A stretch of 64,000 nucleotides of DNA. Origin: Massalongia carnosa. Its lineage: Eukaryota. Shown here piece by piece: positions 36,407-48,652 of this stretch. The stretch lies in the NCBI GenBank assembly GCA_965645245.1, contig OZ287070.1, positions 2,294,001 through 2,358,000 of the forward strand. Direction: 5' to 3'. Position 1 is the stretch's first letter; the number at the start of each line of letters is the position of its first letter. The position numbers were made by a program, and so were the translations under genes. The notes beneath the pieces are model-generated. The model saw only the letters and a list, made by a program, of their open reading frames with translations, had not been told where the DNA came from and ran no database searches.

Positions 36407-37187
36407 ATGGGGGAGCTGCAGGTTCCCAACATCACACAAGTGAGTACGACATCTGTTCTATTCAAAGCTATGGCCATTCTCTAATGAACTTTGGTAGGAT
36501 GATTTGCAGGCGTTCCAGACGCAAAAATTTTCAAGAAACTCAGGTGCTACATCTGCTATACTCAACCTCAATAGCTTCAAGGTCCATGGTATACCTGACG
36601 ACACATACGATGAGGATGATGACGGTCTCGGTTACTATCCAGATGGGGTTAAGCGAACCTTAACGGACGAGCAGATTGCGATGTTCAGGCATAGCGAGAT
36701 TTATGCTCTGCAACGTGCACATCAAGTCCGCCAAGAGAACCAGGAGGCAGAGCTTGAAACGCAGTTACAGAACACCGCTACAGAACTAGGTTTGGCTCCA
36801 CAGATCACGACGACTTGTTCTAAGCAAGGGGAGGATGAGATTCTCGACGACAGCGATGATGAGGAAGAATACGCAAGATTCTTGGAAGCCGAGAAGCGAA
36901 AGGCAGAAGCATCGCAGACACGGAAGAAGCGAAAAACCAATGGCGTCGCCACCCATCGTAGAGTTGCTAGAGAACTTGATATATCGGTTGCCGTGGAACA
37001 GGTTCTGGATTACGGCGAAGAAACTTCACAGCCTGGAGATGTTTCGAAGAAAACCACCCTAACTGATAGTCTTCCTGACGTAGGCGGCTTGAGCCAACAT
37101 CCGCAAGTTCTGTCTAATACTGCTCAACGGAATTTAGACAAGGTCCTGGAGGGTCGTAAGATCTGGTGGCCTACAATTACAAAATGA
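36407..37187 (+). CDS. DUF3807-family protein (intron ~36440-36497)
   Basis: Motif DDGLGYYPDGVKRTLTDEQIAMFRHSEI; C-terminal WWPTI. Confidence 0.85.
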
Positions 37188-38216
37188 TGGAAGGAACTCT
37201 GGACATAAGGACAATCAATCACAAGCCCAACATCAAAGCATTACATTTGAAGACCCGCAATAAAAGGTACGCAACCCCCAATCCCTCATCTACCCAGGAA
37301 ATTTCCCTTTACACAATATGATGAAACTCCAATATCGTCATCCTTAGTCGGACGCAAAACTCCCTGCGAAGGATCCTGTCAACCTCTCTCGATGCGTTTC
37401 GGTCTCCCGGGGCACGAAGCAATTGAGGAGGCGAAGCGGTTTTATCTGATGCCAGGGTACATGGCGAGATAAATAATCTTCTCTCTGATATTTCGGCGCA
37501 AAAGGCGCTGATTTGAAATGGAAATAGATTTCTGCTTTTTTTGAGACAGGGATGCTAATCATAATGGCTTTTTAGGCCTCCATTAGTCTACTCGAGCGCT
37601 GAACAGGAGGAAGAATATGCCACCACTTTTTTATACCGCTCTGGTAGATTGACTGTGTGATATCTACTATATCCAGCATTGAGACTTCCTTACGTATTGG
37701 AAAATGATTGACTATATATCTGTGATTCGTGGTTTTACCCCGCGAGAACTGCGAGAACGAACGAGTTATATTAACTCTAAAACTTGGCCGGATTTCCGAA
37801 TGCGTGAATGCATGCCTACCCGATCTGAGTAGCGGTGAGCGAGTCCGACTTTGCGTAAACCCTTGACGTTGGGAGTTGGACGAGTTGTTGTCGGCCATTT
37901 CTTCTTCCTTGTCCTTCATCGCAGCCTCAAGGGGCTTCACATAAAGGCTTGAAGACGTCGCTATTTGGACTTGGGGAGCAGAGAAATCGAAAGGCGAAAC
38001 AAAATATGTATCAATTTTAAACGTTTAGTTTCCCATCCCCTCCCAAAAAACGATTGATGTTAGGAAGTCGTCGTTCTCATTATAAAAGTCAATAAATAAA
38101 AACTGACGGGTATCAACAATGACTAAACGCTGCCGCAAAGATGCCCAAGTTCAATCTCACTATAGTATAAAATGCGCTCTTCACCCTCCTTCACCCAAAA
38201 CCACCCGTCTCTCCCG

Positions 38217-39451
38217 TCATCCCTGAGCATCGCCGTCCTCGTTAGTACCTTGATCTCTATCCCGCCCTTCCTCCGCCTCTCTTTCCCTCACCTTATCCGC
38301 ATCCGCATGCTTCTTTGGATCAAATGCATACAGCGGCCACTCGAAAAACAAAGCTCGTTTCAGTGCCAGCGGCACCTTCACATACAGTCGTCGCGAGAAC
38401 GGGATTAAGATACTGGTACGGCGCAGATATCGTTGGTACGCGGCCCAATCTGCAAGATTACCGCTTTCGTAACGCTTCTTAGCGCTGGGCCGCTCTTGCA
38501 GCGTGAGGCCGGAAACAAAGAGGAGAAGGATGGTAAGGAATAGAGGGCCGACGATTGTGAAATTGAGCGCTACTTTTGGAGCAGTGGGGATGCTGTTTAG
38601 GCCAAAACCGGCGGAGGCTGCAAGGCTGTAGATCCCTATTTTTGAAGGAGTGACTTGTAAGAGGAGAGACTCTTACGGAGGAAGAGTGTGGTACATGGAG
38701 TTGTGAAAAAAAGGGGCATACCAAAGTGAAGGATAATTTCACCAAAGTAGTTAGGGTGCCTGCTCAAAGCCCATAAGCCCCGGTCACAAAACTTTCCCTT
38801 GTTTTCCGGCATGCTCCGAAATCCGTATTTCTGCAAATCTGCCAGGGTCTCTGTAAGGATGCCGGTACCGAACAGAACAATCCCCAGAAAGTCCCTCCAC
38901 GAGCCAAACCCCGCATTTTCGTATCTTGTCACTCTGGGAGAGTTCAGCACTGTGACCGGCAAGGAGACGATCCAGACCCAGAACATCTGGAAGACCCAGA
39001 AGCCCAAGAAAGGGAAGAATTTGTCGCGAATCTCGTTAAAACGCTCGTCTTCGCCCGTCTTAATGATACGGTAAAGGAGGAAGGCGGAAAGGCGGGTGCC
39101 CCAGAGCATCATGAAGGAGGAGATGAGAACATGGCGTATATCATAGTAGCCGCCAGCTTTGAGACTATACCATATTACTTGTTAGCAGGCATCATTGACT
39201 ATACTTTGTGGTCTAGAAGGGAGAGGTACGTTACTGCTGCTAGCAAAACAAAATTAGTTCCGCCAGCGAAATCTGCAGCCGGGATTAGCATATATTGATG
39301 GATGGGACTGCTCTAGGCAAGGCATTTTACCAGTAAGCTTATCAAACTTAAGACTGAATGCAACCGCGAAAAAGAGCAGCTGATACACGATTGTGATTAC
39401 GAGGGTAAGAGTTAGATAGTACCCATCAGCAATGTAAGATGGTGGAGCCAT
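38217..39451 (-). CDS. DUF1295 / steroid 5-alpha-reductase-like membrane protein, multi-exon
   Basis: KFDKLT|DFAGGTNF, WGTRLSAFLLYRI..GEDERF, ADLQKY.F, GLWALSRHPNYFGEI, FVSGL, RTSILIPF. Confidence 0.9.
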
Positions 39452-39689
39452 TGTGAATTGAAAAAAAGGTAAATAAAAAAACGACTGATTCCTAATGATG
39501 ATACAGCTTGCTAGTAGACAATTATAATGCTCCCGCTGTGGCCATTGCTACGTAATGTTGAAGCCTTTGTTCGATTTGTGGGCTTCCTTAATCATGACGT
39601 CTTGGATCTCGGAGTCGGAGGTTATTAGCCTAGTTGATTGCCATGTAACTATTTCAGCCTCAACGAAGAAGCTTAAGCTTGGCGGAAGA

Positions 39690-39718
39690 TTCCGACTTCC
39701 GACTTCCGACTTCCGACG
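39690..39718. repeat. (TTCCGAC)4 heptamer tandem repeat in a divergent intergenic region
   Basis: ttccgacttccgacttccgacttccgac; related tcggagtcggag near 39609 on the opposite strand. Confidence 0.8.
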
Positions 39719-40295
39719 ATTCTAAGCTCGAACTTTCAAAAGAGATCGAATTACGAAGGCTAGGTTCAAGTACGAGGGCTATGAGTCGATGGCCAAAAGT
39801 CTTGAGACTTGGTAGGCTCCTGCGGTCATTGAACCTTAACGTTAGTTACCTCGTGCTACTCTATTTGCTACTCTATTACGTTGAGGTAGCCTCAAGCCAA
39901 TTCTGGATGAAACGCTAAGGGTTTTGACTCGGCGCCTAGCTCAGGCTTGAAAGTTGGCCAACCTCCAATATCGAAACCCAGATGCATTGATTTGCTGTGC
40001 GTACAGGTCTCTTATGGCGAGGAAGTGGGCCATGATGATACAATTGGCGTCTAATGACTTGCATGAGCCGAGACCTAATTACATCGGGGTTCCTCTCATT
40101 TCTGATGTACAAACGCCAGGAGAGTTTCTTTATGAATCTCATGATTCCTCAAGTCGTACTCATTCACGGCACATCTTTCTAATTTCTCCTTTCTTTACCG
40201 CTGTTGTGTTCATCATTATTTTACTTTATAACATCATCGAGCTTACACATCATCCACACTGAGAGAACGACCTTGATTACGAAGTCTGAGCAAAG

Positions 40296-41240
40296 ATGCG
40301 CAGAATGCTCACAGTGAGAAGGCTATGCCTGGGAGCAGTTTTTTCGGTTATGGGTGCGCAGGTCGCTGAGTCTCAAGGTTTCCATAACCATGTTGCCATC
40401 ACACTAGAACCAGGACTGTACGTCGGCCGTATCCGAGGCAGCGCAAATAGCTGAAGTTCGACAGGACGGAGGCTGAGTCTTTTCAGTTAACAGTTCCTGA
40501 GGTGGTGAAGACAACTATAGCAATCTCTATGGTCACGGTAACACAAATCTCGATGCAGACAACAATTGTCTCAGTGTTCCCGACCACGACTGTTGGCGGT
40601 CTGTGTGTTGCAATATCCGTAATCATACCATCTCAACTTACAGCGTAGGATTTACTAAGCGTTGCTGCAGTCTTTGATCCCCGCAACCTCATCCGCTCTA
40701 GAAGCGAATGCCGATAAATCCGTGTCTGCTCCATCGACCTCGTTGCAACGCCCGGTCTCATTCCCCAGTATTGTTATCAACGTGATTTCTGGTGGTAATA
40801 ATGCTTCCGCGGATTTCGCTATCAACACAACATCCATAGCCACCGCTAGCGCTAGCGTCCGGCTTCTCAACCTGTCTTCAAGACAATGCGACTGTCGTTG
40901 TCTATGCCCAGTCTCAGCATTCCAGGTCTACTATGCTTACGGCGAAATGCCTGTCTCATCCACAGAAACGAAATCAACGTTTCGGACCCTTGTATCTCTA
41001 GTCACTGCGGGGCAACAAATGGCAATATCAGCCGCGCCATCGCTTACGGCCGAGTCTTTTACTTCGTTTCCCTCGTCATCACAAAATCCCATTGCAGAGC
41101 CTGCGTCATCGTCGAGTAGTCCAACATCGACACCAAAGGTACCTGGAGGCGCCCCTTTCGATATCAATACCTATTCTCTGCTAGATGCTGTCACGGTGGC
41201 GCTTGAAATTCGGGAGTTGAAGCCGACGGGTAATCCTTGA
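40296..41240 (+). CDS. Hypothetical secreted Ser/Thr-rich protein (~2 introns)
   Basis: Signal-like MRRMLTVRRLCLGAVFSV; donor gtacgt ~40418; acceptors ~40464 and 40670; last exon contains CDCRCLCP. Confidence 0.45.
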
Positions 41241-41462
41241 AATTGTAGGATTGTTACAATATATATACCCCCTTTTTGTTGTTTTCTATTTGCATCTTAC
41301 TTTGCAGCGACAATTTTTGGGGTGCGATTAAATATTCTAAGCGAGCCAATCAGCCAAAACATGAGCCTTTCAGACGGTAGACTCTACCACACCTACTAAG
41401 CAGTTTTGCTTGGGCGTATAAGAAGAGTATATTCAGGAAGCGGGGCTTTCGATCTCTTCCGC

Positions 41463-42557
41463 CTATTTTTTTCCTTTTGCGGTATTCCTGGTGGATCCTG
41501 ACTTGAATACATCTGGCTCTTTGTCTAATACTCCAATAGCAAGGCCATCATTCGCCTTTGCATTACTAAGTCTAGCTTTAGCTTGCCTCTTCTGCTGCCT
41601 CTTGGACAGCGGTTTGTCTTGATCCCCGCCTCCAGGGACATTGTCTAAAACATCTGCCTTTCTTTTGTTCTGGTTGCCTTTATCTTTTACTCCATTCTCG
41701 GTGTGCTGATTGACCGATTCAGGCTTTTCGCCTCCATACACAACATCGACAACTCCCTTGAAGCTTGTTCTTTTAATCTTTGCCTGAACGATAACGCTCC
41801 TGGCGCCTCTCCCAACAGCTTCTACTCCCATTTCCTGTCCCAAACCCCACACCGTAGCTAAATTCACCACGTCCCATGGCCCCCTACAAGCCAACGCTCT
41901 CTTAGCTTCGCTGCTGATGATGATGCCGCGACCTCTTGTAGCTCTGATCAGTTGTGTAGCATTACTTATTAAATTCCTTCGCCCGGCGCCTCCATCTGTA
42001 GCTAAAACTCCGGGCGCATAGCATATTTCAAATTTGATCCCCCGTTGTAGCGCCATAGAAAGGGTCTTAAATTTGAAGTGGAATGAAAAGCGGGAGCTGA
42101 GATCGAGGGAGATGAGGTCGCAATCGAGAGACTGGCAGGCTTGAAGAAGTGCTCGTTCATTGGTAGGGCGAAGGGCGAGGATATCGTAATGAGAGGCGAG
42201 TGTGGCTAGACGATGGTTCTGAGAAGGATCGGCAAGAATGACGGTACAGCGGCGCAGGAGTCGTAGAGATTCTGGAGTCGGGAACGGCAATTTCTCTGGG
42301 ATAGGGCAGCTCTGATTATCATTAGTCGTTTAGGCAAGGAAGGCATAACGGTTGTAAGGTATACAATCTCAGCATTTATCTTGCCCGCCAGGGTATGATC
42401 TAGCGCTACGACATTATAGCCAACTACACCGAGTCAGCGCACCCCCTCGTTGGGCTGCGTAGCCAGATCAGAGCGACAAACGTTCAGAGAGAAAGGCCAC
42501 GGTTTTTTGAAGCTCGATTGAGTTTCCACCCCAAGGAACATTGAGATCGTAGAACAT
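41463..42557 (-). CDS. RPP1: RNase P/MRP subunit p30 (2 introns)
   Basis: MFYDLNVPW, GYNVVAL.H, YDILALRP, DLISLDLS, FEICY, RRNLISNATQLIRATRGRGIIISSEA, RGPWDVVNL. Confidence 0.93.
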
Positions 42558-42813
42558 CCTACTCCAACCTCACCCTTTGCTTCTCCAACTCGGAAGTTGT
42601 GGAGGATGATTCCCTTACCTTTATAATGTCACGTCACGTGTTGTAGTTACGCATTCTATGAGTTTGTCTCGAAGCGAATAACGTTAGGCGAAGTCTTGCG
42701 GAGCCTCGGGCTTCGCTAGGTACTCAAAACGTCAAACCCAATATTCAGTTTAGCTACTGTAAACCGGCTCTGTCGCTCCCTCATGCAACTTCAACGCTGA
42801 GACTACGCACAAC
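42558..42813. promoter_or_regulatory. Short bidirectional promoter between RPP1 and CK2 alpha with TCACGTCACGTG (E-box/Cbf1-like)
   Basis: 256 bp between divergent ATGs; motif at 42629-42640, next to tttataat. Confidence 0.5.
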
Positions 42814-44040
42814 ATGGCACGGGTGTATGCTGATGTAAACCAGCATATGCCAAAGGCGTATTGGGAGTATGATAGTGTGAACATCACGTGGGGAGTGCTG
42901 GAGAACTACGAAGTGGTCAGGAAAATTGGTACTTAAAGCGCAAAGCTACCATCATGTCCACCCCAAATGCGCTGACCTTTGGGGATAGGGAGGGGGAAAT
43001 ACTCGGAGGTTTTCGAAGGCATAAACATTGTCAACTACCAGAAATGCGTCATCAAGGTTCTCAAGCCAGTCAAAAAGAAGAAGATAAAGCGTGAGATCAA
43101 GATCCTTCAGAATCTGTCTGGTGGGCCCAATGTCGTTGCGCTTCTAGATGTGGTGCGAGATAGTCAAAGCAAGACACCTTCGTTGATCTTCGAGTACGTC
43201 AACAATACGGATTTTAGAAGCTTGTATCCAAAGTTTGTAGATTACGATGTACGATACTACATCTTCGAATTGCTTAAGGTTGGTATGACTGAATTACCCT
43301 CGGTCATATCAGACCACTCACAGCAGTTTGTAGGCGCTAGACTTTTGCCATAGCAAGGGCATCATGCATCGAGATGTCAAACCTCATAATGTCATGATAG
43401 ACCATGAAAAGCGGAAAGTTAGTTCCCGTGTTTCCCTTTGTCGTCGCCTTGCTAACTTTTGATAGCTTCGTTTGATAGACTGGGGTCTTGCAGAGTTTTA
43501 CCATCAAGGCACTGAATATAATGTCAGAGTAGCGTCAAGATACTTCAAAGGGCCTGAACTTCTTGTCGACTTTCAAGAATATGACTACTCCCTAGACATG
43601 TGGTCACTAGGCGCCATGTTCGCCTCGATGATCTTTCGGAAAGAACCATTTTTCCATGGCAATAGCAACTCGGATCAACTTGTCAAGATCGCCAAAGTCC
43701 TGGGCACTGACGATCTTTTTGAGTACCTAGACAAATACGATATCGAGCTCGACGCGCAATATGATGAGATACTAGGGAGGTTTCCCAAGAAGAATTGGCA
43801 CGGCTTTGTCAACTCGGAAAACCAACGATACGTCAGCAACGATGCTATCGATTTCCTCGACAAGTTGTTACGTTACGACCATCAGGTGAGGATGTGTACA
43901 ATGTTGTAGAAATTACTTGATTCAAATACTAATGCCAATGTTTCTAGGAACGTTTAACGGCCAAGGAAGCAATGGCCCATCCCTATTTCAGTCCTGTTCG
44001 GGCCGTAGCGTCCTCAACAAATCACGCATCCCTTTCATGA
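42814..44040 (+). CDS. CKA1: Casein kinase II catalytic alpha subunit (4 introns)
   Basis: [59 protein letters not shown]. Confidence 0.97.
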
Positions 44041-44757
44041 TTTAAATAACGCACATCCTCTCAAAATCAAACTTTGAATAGCTCAACTTACATCGCCATT
44101 TGGCGTATCCCTCGCGGTCATGACCAAGTCCCTAAGTTTGGCCCTCCAGCACAACTGACGGGAATCATTTCCTTTGGCATAGAGTCGGCCAAAATATCAA
44201 GAACCCTTCCCTTTCCTGCTAAACTACATCGTACCGTAGTTACCTACGTTTCCTGCAAGCTAACGTTGTACCACATTGATATGAAATCACGCATGACAGG
44301 CCTGATGAATCAGGAACGACTGGAATGGGGAGAGAAAGGCTCGATAAAGGGCCATCATCGATGCTCGAAAGCGTTGGTGGTTGAGTCGGTGGAGGTTCAT
44401 AGTTCGTTGAGATTTAAATTCTATGCTAGCCCCATAGAACTGAACTACATAAAGAAAATACAGCCCTGACCCTGAAATAATATCCAACTCGTCATGTACT
44501 CTTACAGATAAAGTATCGTACTATTTCTAGTGGGTTAGATATTGCATTTTAGCTATGGCAAATTTTGAGAGGAGAAAGAGTACATCCCCAACTAGCGTCT
44601 TATTTCTATTACCACAAAGACAAACCCATGTAAGAAGCCTTATCATTACCGATTGTTCTCGACTCCTCTTTGGGAGAGAACTGTCAAAATACTTCGGAAA
44701 GCGCTTGTAGTGCGCGCTCCTGCTTGGAGAATTTTCAGAAGTAGCGAGCGCCTTACA

Positions 44758-47700
44758 ATGGCATTGAATGCGGCGTCTCACAACTCAGGTATATCAGATG
44801 CCCAGTACCAACGCTATGCTGAGATATAGGTTACAGCTGGTGTGAAGACAGGTCCAGCGACCGGACACCCACCCCCTATTTCGTCGAAAACCATAGATAC
44901 ATTACTGGGAGCTTCGAAAGATGATCTAATTGGTCAACACCAGGCCGGGCAAGATGGAGGCGATAGTGTAGAGGGAAAGAAAGTGAAAAGCGAAAAAGAG
45001 CGTATGGATCCTAGCTAGTCAGGCTCTATGTACTACTAGATATACCCACGAGATTTGATTGTCTGACTGGTGTCTGTAGTGGAAAAGGAACGTAAAAAGG
45101 CGGAAAAGGCAAAGAAATTTACTGAAAAGAAGGCAAAGACTGCAGAGAAATCTTCAACTTCAGCTCCGTCAGCGTCAAAGGATAAGAAGTCCAAGCATGA
45201 GTCTGCAAAAGAAGAGCCTTTGCCGGAGTACTTTGAGGAGACTCCTCCTGGGGAGAAGAAAAGTATGTTAGCGGCTCTGATAAATTTGCAGAAGAAATTT
45301 AACTTCTTCACCAGTACTTAAGCCTCTGGATGATCCGTTTGTCAAAGCTTATATTCCCAAGGTTGTAGAGTCTGCTTGGTACTCATGGTGGGAGAAACAG
45401 GGTTATTTCGAACCCGAGTTTGGGTCAGATGGTAAGGTTAAGAAGGAGGGCTACTTTGTCATCTCGGAGCCACCACCGAATGTCACAGGGGCTCTACACA
45501 TGGGCCATGCACTCCCAAATGCGCTTCAAGATACTCTGATACGCTGGAACCGCATGCGAGGCTTGACAACTCTCTGGCTTCCAGGCTGCGATCATGCCGG
45601 AATATCAACCCAGAGCGTGGTAGAGAATATGCTATGGCGAAGGCAGAAGAAGACGCGATATGACCTTGGCCGTCAAAAATTTACAGAGACTATCTGGGAT
45701 TGGAAAGAGGAGTATCATACGAAAATTAACAGCGTGCTACGAAGGATGGGGGGTTCCTTTGATTGGACCAGGGAGGCTTTTACAATGGATAAGAATCTTT
45801 CTGCAGCGGTTACTGAGACTTTTGTTCAGTTACATGAAGAGGGCATCATCTATCGAGCCAATCGTCTGGTCAACTGGTGCGTAAAGCTCAACACTGCTCT
45901 CTCCAACCTTGAGGTAGATAACAAGGAGTTAACTGGCCGGACTTTACTTGATGTGCCGGGATATGACAAGAAGGTTGAATTTGGGGTTCTTACGCATTTT
46001 CATTATCAGATTGACGGATCAAATGAAAAAATCGAAATCGCCACAACTCGGCCAGAGACGATGTTGGGTGACAGTGGCATTGCAGTCCATCCAAAAGATG
46101 AGCGATATAAGCATCTTATTGGCAAGAATGCTAGACATCCCTTTGTAAATAGGCTCATGCCTATTTTCGCTGACGAATATGTTGATCCGGAATTTGGCAC
46201 TGGAGCAGTCAAGATCACGCCGGCCCATGATCCTAATGATTTTACGCTTGGCCAACGGCATAATCTTGACTTTATCAATATTCTTAATGACAATGGAACT
46301 ATGAACCACAATACAGGAGAGTTCGAAGGCACAAAGCGTTTTGATGCCCGCTACAAGGTGATTGATGCGCTAAAATCAAAAGGACTCTACGTGAAATGGG
46401 AGGATAATCCTATGAAAGTTCCACTTTGCGCCAAATCAAAGGACGTGATCGAGCCACTTATGAAGCCACAGTGGTGGATGAGGATGCGAGGGCTAGCAGA
46501 TGCTGCTATTAAAGCCGTGAAGGATGGGGATATCATCATCAGACCGGAGACTGCGGAGAAGAGCTATTTCAGATGGCTTGAGGGTATCAACGATTGGTGT
46601 CTCTCGAGGCAATTATGGTGGGGTCATCAAGCGCCAGCATATTTTGTGAATATCAAGGGTCAAAAGGGCGACGACAGTGATGGCGAGCTGTGGGTAACCG
46701 GTAAGACGGAAGAAGCTGCTGAGGAGAAAGCGAAAGCCAAATTTCCTGGAAAGGAGTTCACTTTAAGGCGAGATGAAGATGTCTTGGATACATGGTTCTC
46801 GTCCGGACTGTGGCCCTTTTCCACGCTGGGTTGGCCCAGAAAGACTCATGACATGGAGACCCTTTACCCCACATCTGTGCTGGAGACTGGGTGGGACATT
46901 CTCTTCTTCTGGGTCGCTCGGATGATCATGCTTGGGATTAAGATGACAGGCCAAGTTCCGTTTCGAGAAGTCTACTGTCATTCGCTAGTAAGGGATTCTG
47001 AAGGCAGGAAAATGTCGAAATCCTTGGGCAATGTCATTGATCCTTTGGATGTTATGGAAGGAATTGAGCTCTCAACTTTGCATGACAAACTCAAAATTGG
47101 AAACCTCGATCCGAAAGAATTAGCAACAGCAACAAGATTCCAGAAAACCGCCTTCCCAGATGGTATACCTGAATGTGGCGCCGATGCTTTGCGGTTTTCC
47201 TTGGTGTCATATACCACCGGAGGTGAGGCTACCCCACGCATTAATATATGTTGCTGCTAACCAAGCTAATTAGGCGGTGACATTAACTTTGATATCAGAG
47301 TAATGCATGGCTACCGCAAATTTTGCAACAAAATATACCAAGCCACCAAATACGTCCTTGGTAAACTCGATGCCTCATTTACCCCATCCCCCCACCCAAC
47401 GAAAACGTCTCACGAATCCCTCCCCGAACGCTGGATCCTGCATAAACTTACTACAGCCGCTGCCGACATCAACCGCGCGCTCACAGCGCGAGAGTTCTCC
47501 CAGGCCACCTCCATCACGTACCAATACTGGTACACGCACCTTTGTGACGTCTACATCGAAAACTCTAAAGCACTCATCCAAGATGGATCGCCCGCGGAGC
47601 AGGAATCTGCCAAGCAAACCCTGTACACAGCGCTCGAGGGCGGCCTTACCATGATCCACCCGTTCATGCCCTTCCTCACTGAAGAGCTTTGGCAGCGTCT

Positions 47701-48292
47701 CCCTCGGCGGCCCGGCGACTCTACCCCCTCTATCGTCAAAGCCGCCTATCCAATCCACGACCCGGCCCTCGACGACCCTACCTCAGAAGAGGCCTACGAG
47801 CTCCTTCTCTCCGTCTCCAAAGCCATCCGCTCCCTCACCGCCGAATACGCCATCAAAGACTCGGCCACGCTGTATGTCCAACTCTTTGACCGGGCCTCTC
47901 TGGAAACCTGCACCGCCTACCTCCCCTCTATCCGCTCTCTCGCCGGCAAAATTGCTAGCAGCGCCTCCTCCACCGTCATCTCCATCCTTCACAAGGCGGC
48001 ACCGAAGCCGCCCGGTTGTGTCGTCGCCGCCGTGAGTGCGTCCGCGGCCGTGTTCCTGCAAGTTAAAGGTCACGTCGACCTCGAGGCCGAGATCGCCCGC
48101 GTGGGCGAGAAGCTGGCCAAGGCAAATGAGCGGGTGAAGAAGCAGCGGGGTTTAGTGAGTGATGCGGGTTGGAAGGCCAAGGCCGAAGAGCGGGTGCAGG
48201 AGGGAGAGAGGAAGAGGCTGGGGGATCTAGAAGCCGAGATTCGAGAGTTGGAGGGGAGTTTGCAGAGGTGGGAGGCGTTGAGGTTGGAGTGA
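44758..48292 (+). CDS. VAS1: Valyl-tRNA synthetase, multi-exon
   Basis: [54 protein letters not shown]-terminal coiled coil. First intron inferred as 44789-44837. Confidence 0.96.
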
Positions 48293-48652
48293 TGCGAAGG
48301 AAGAGAGAGTAAAATGCAGGACTTATCGTACGTTTGATAAGGAACACTTGGTAACGGGGATAGGGGGTAAAGTAGGTGAGAAAATAGGGGTGGAGCGCAG
48401 AATTGCTGCAGATTCTGTGGTCGAGAAATCATCAACGAAGATGTGTCAATGTCATAAAACTTCTCGACGATACTTATTTGTGAGCTCCAATACATCCCTT
48501 GCTATTCTGCTCTTTGTAGGCCTCTAGAATATCGTGCTCGCTCGGACTAATAATTACCAAAGCCACTACATATAACCCTCCTTATATACAACCACCATCG
48601 TCTTCTCTCCCCCCTTTTCCGTTTACCTACCTTCCCAATCAAATCCCAGCCC

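Noticed and set aside
37344..37940. Two minus-strand ORFs between DUF3807 and DUF1295
   Set aside because: No recognisable motifs or clear splice structure; left unannotated.
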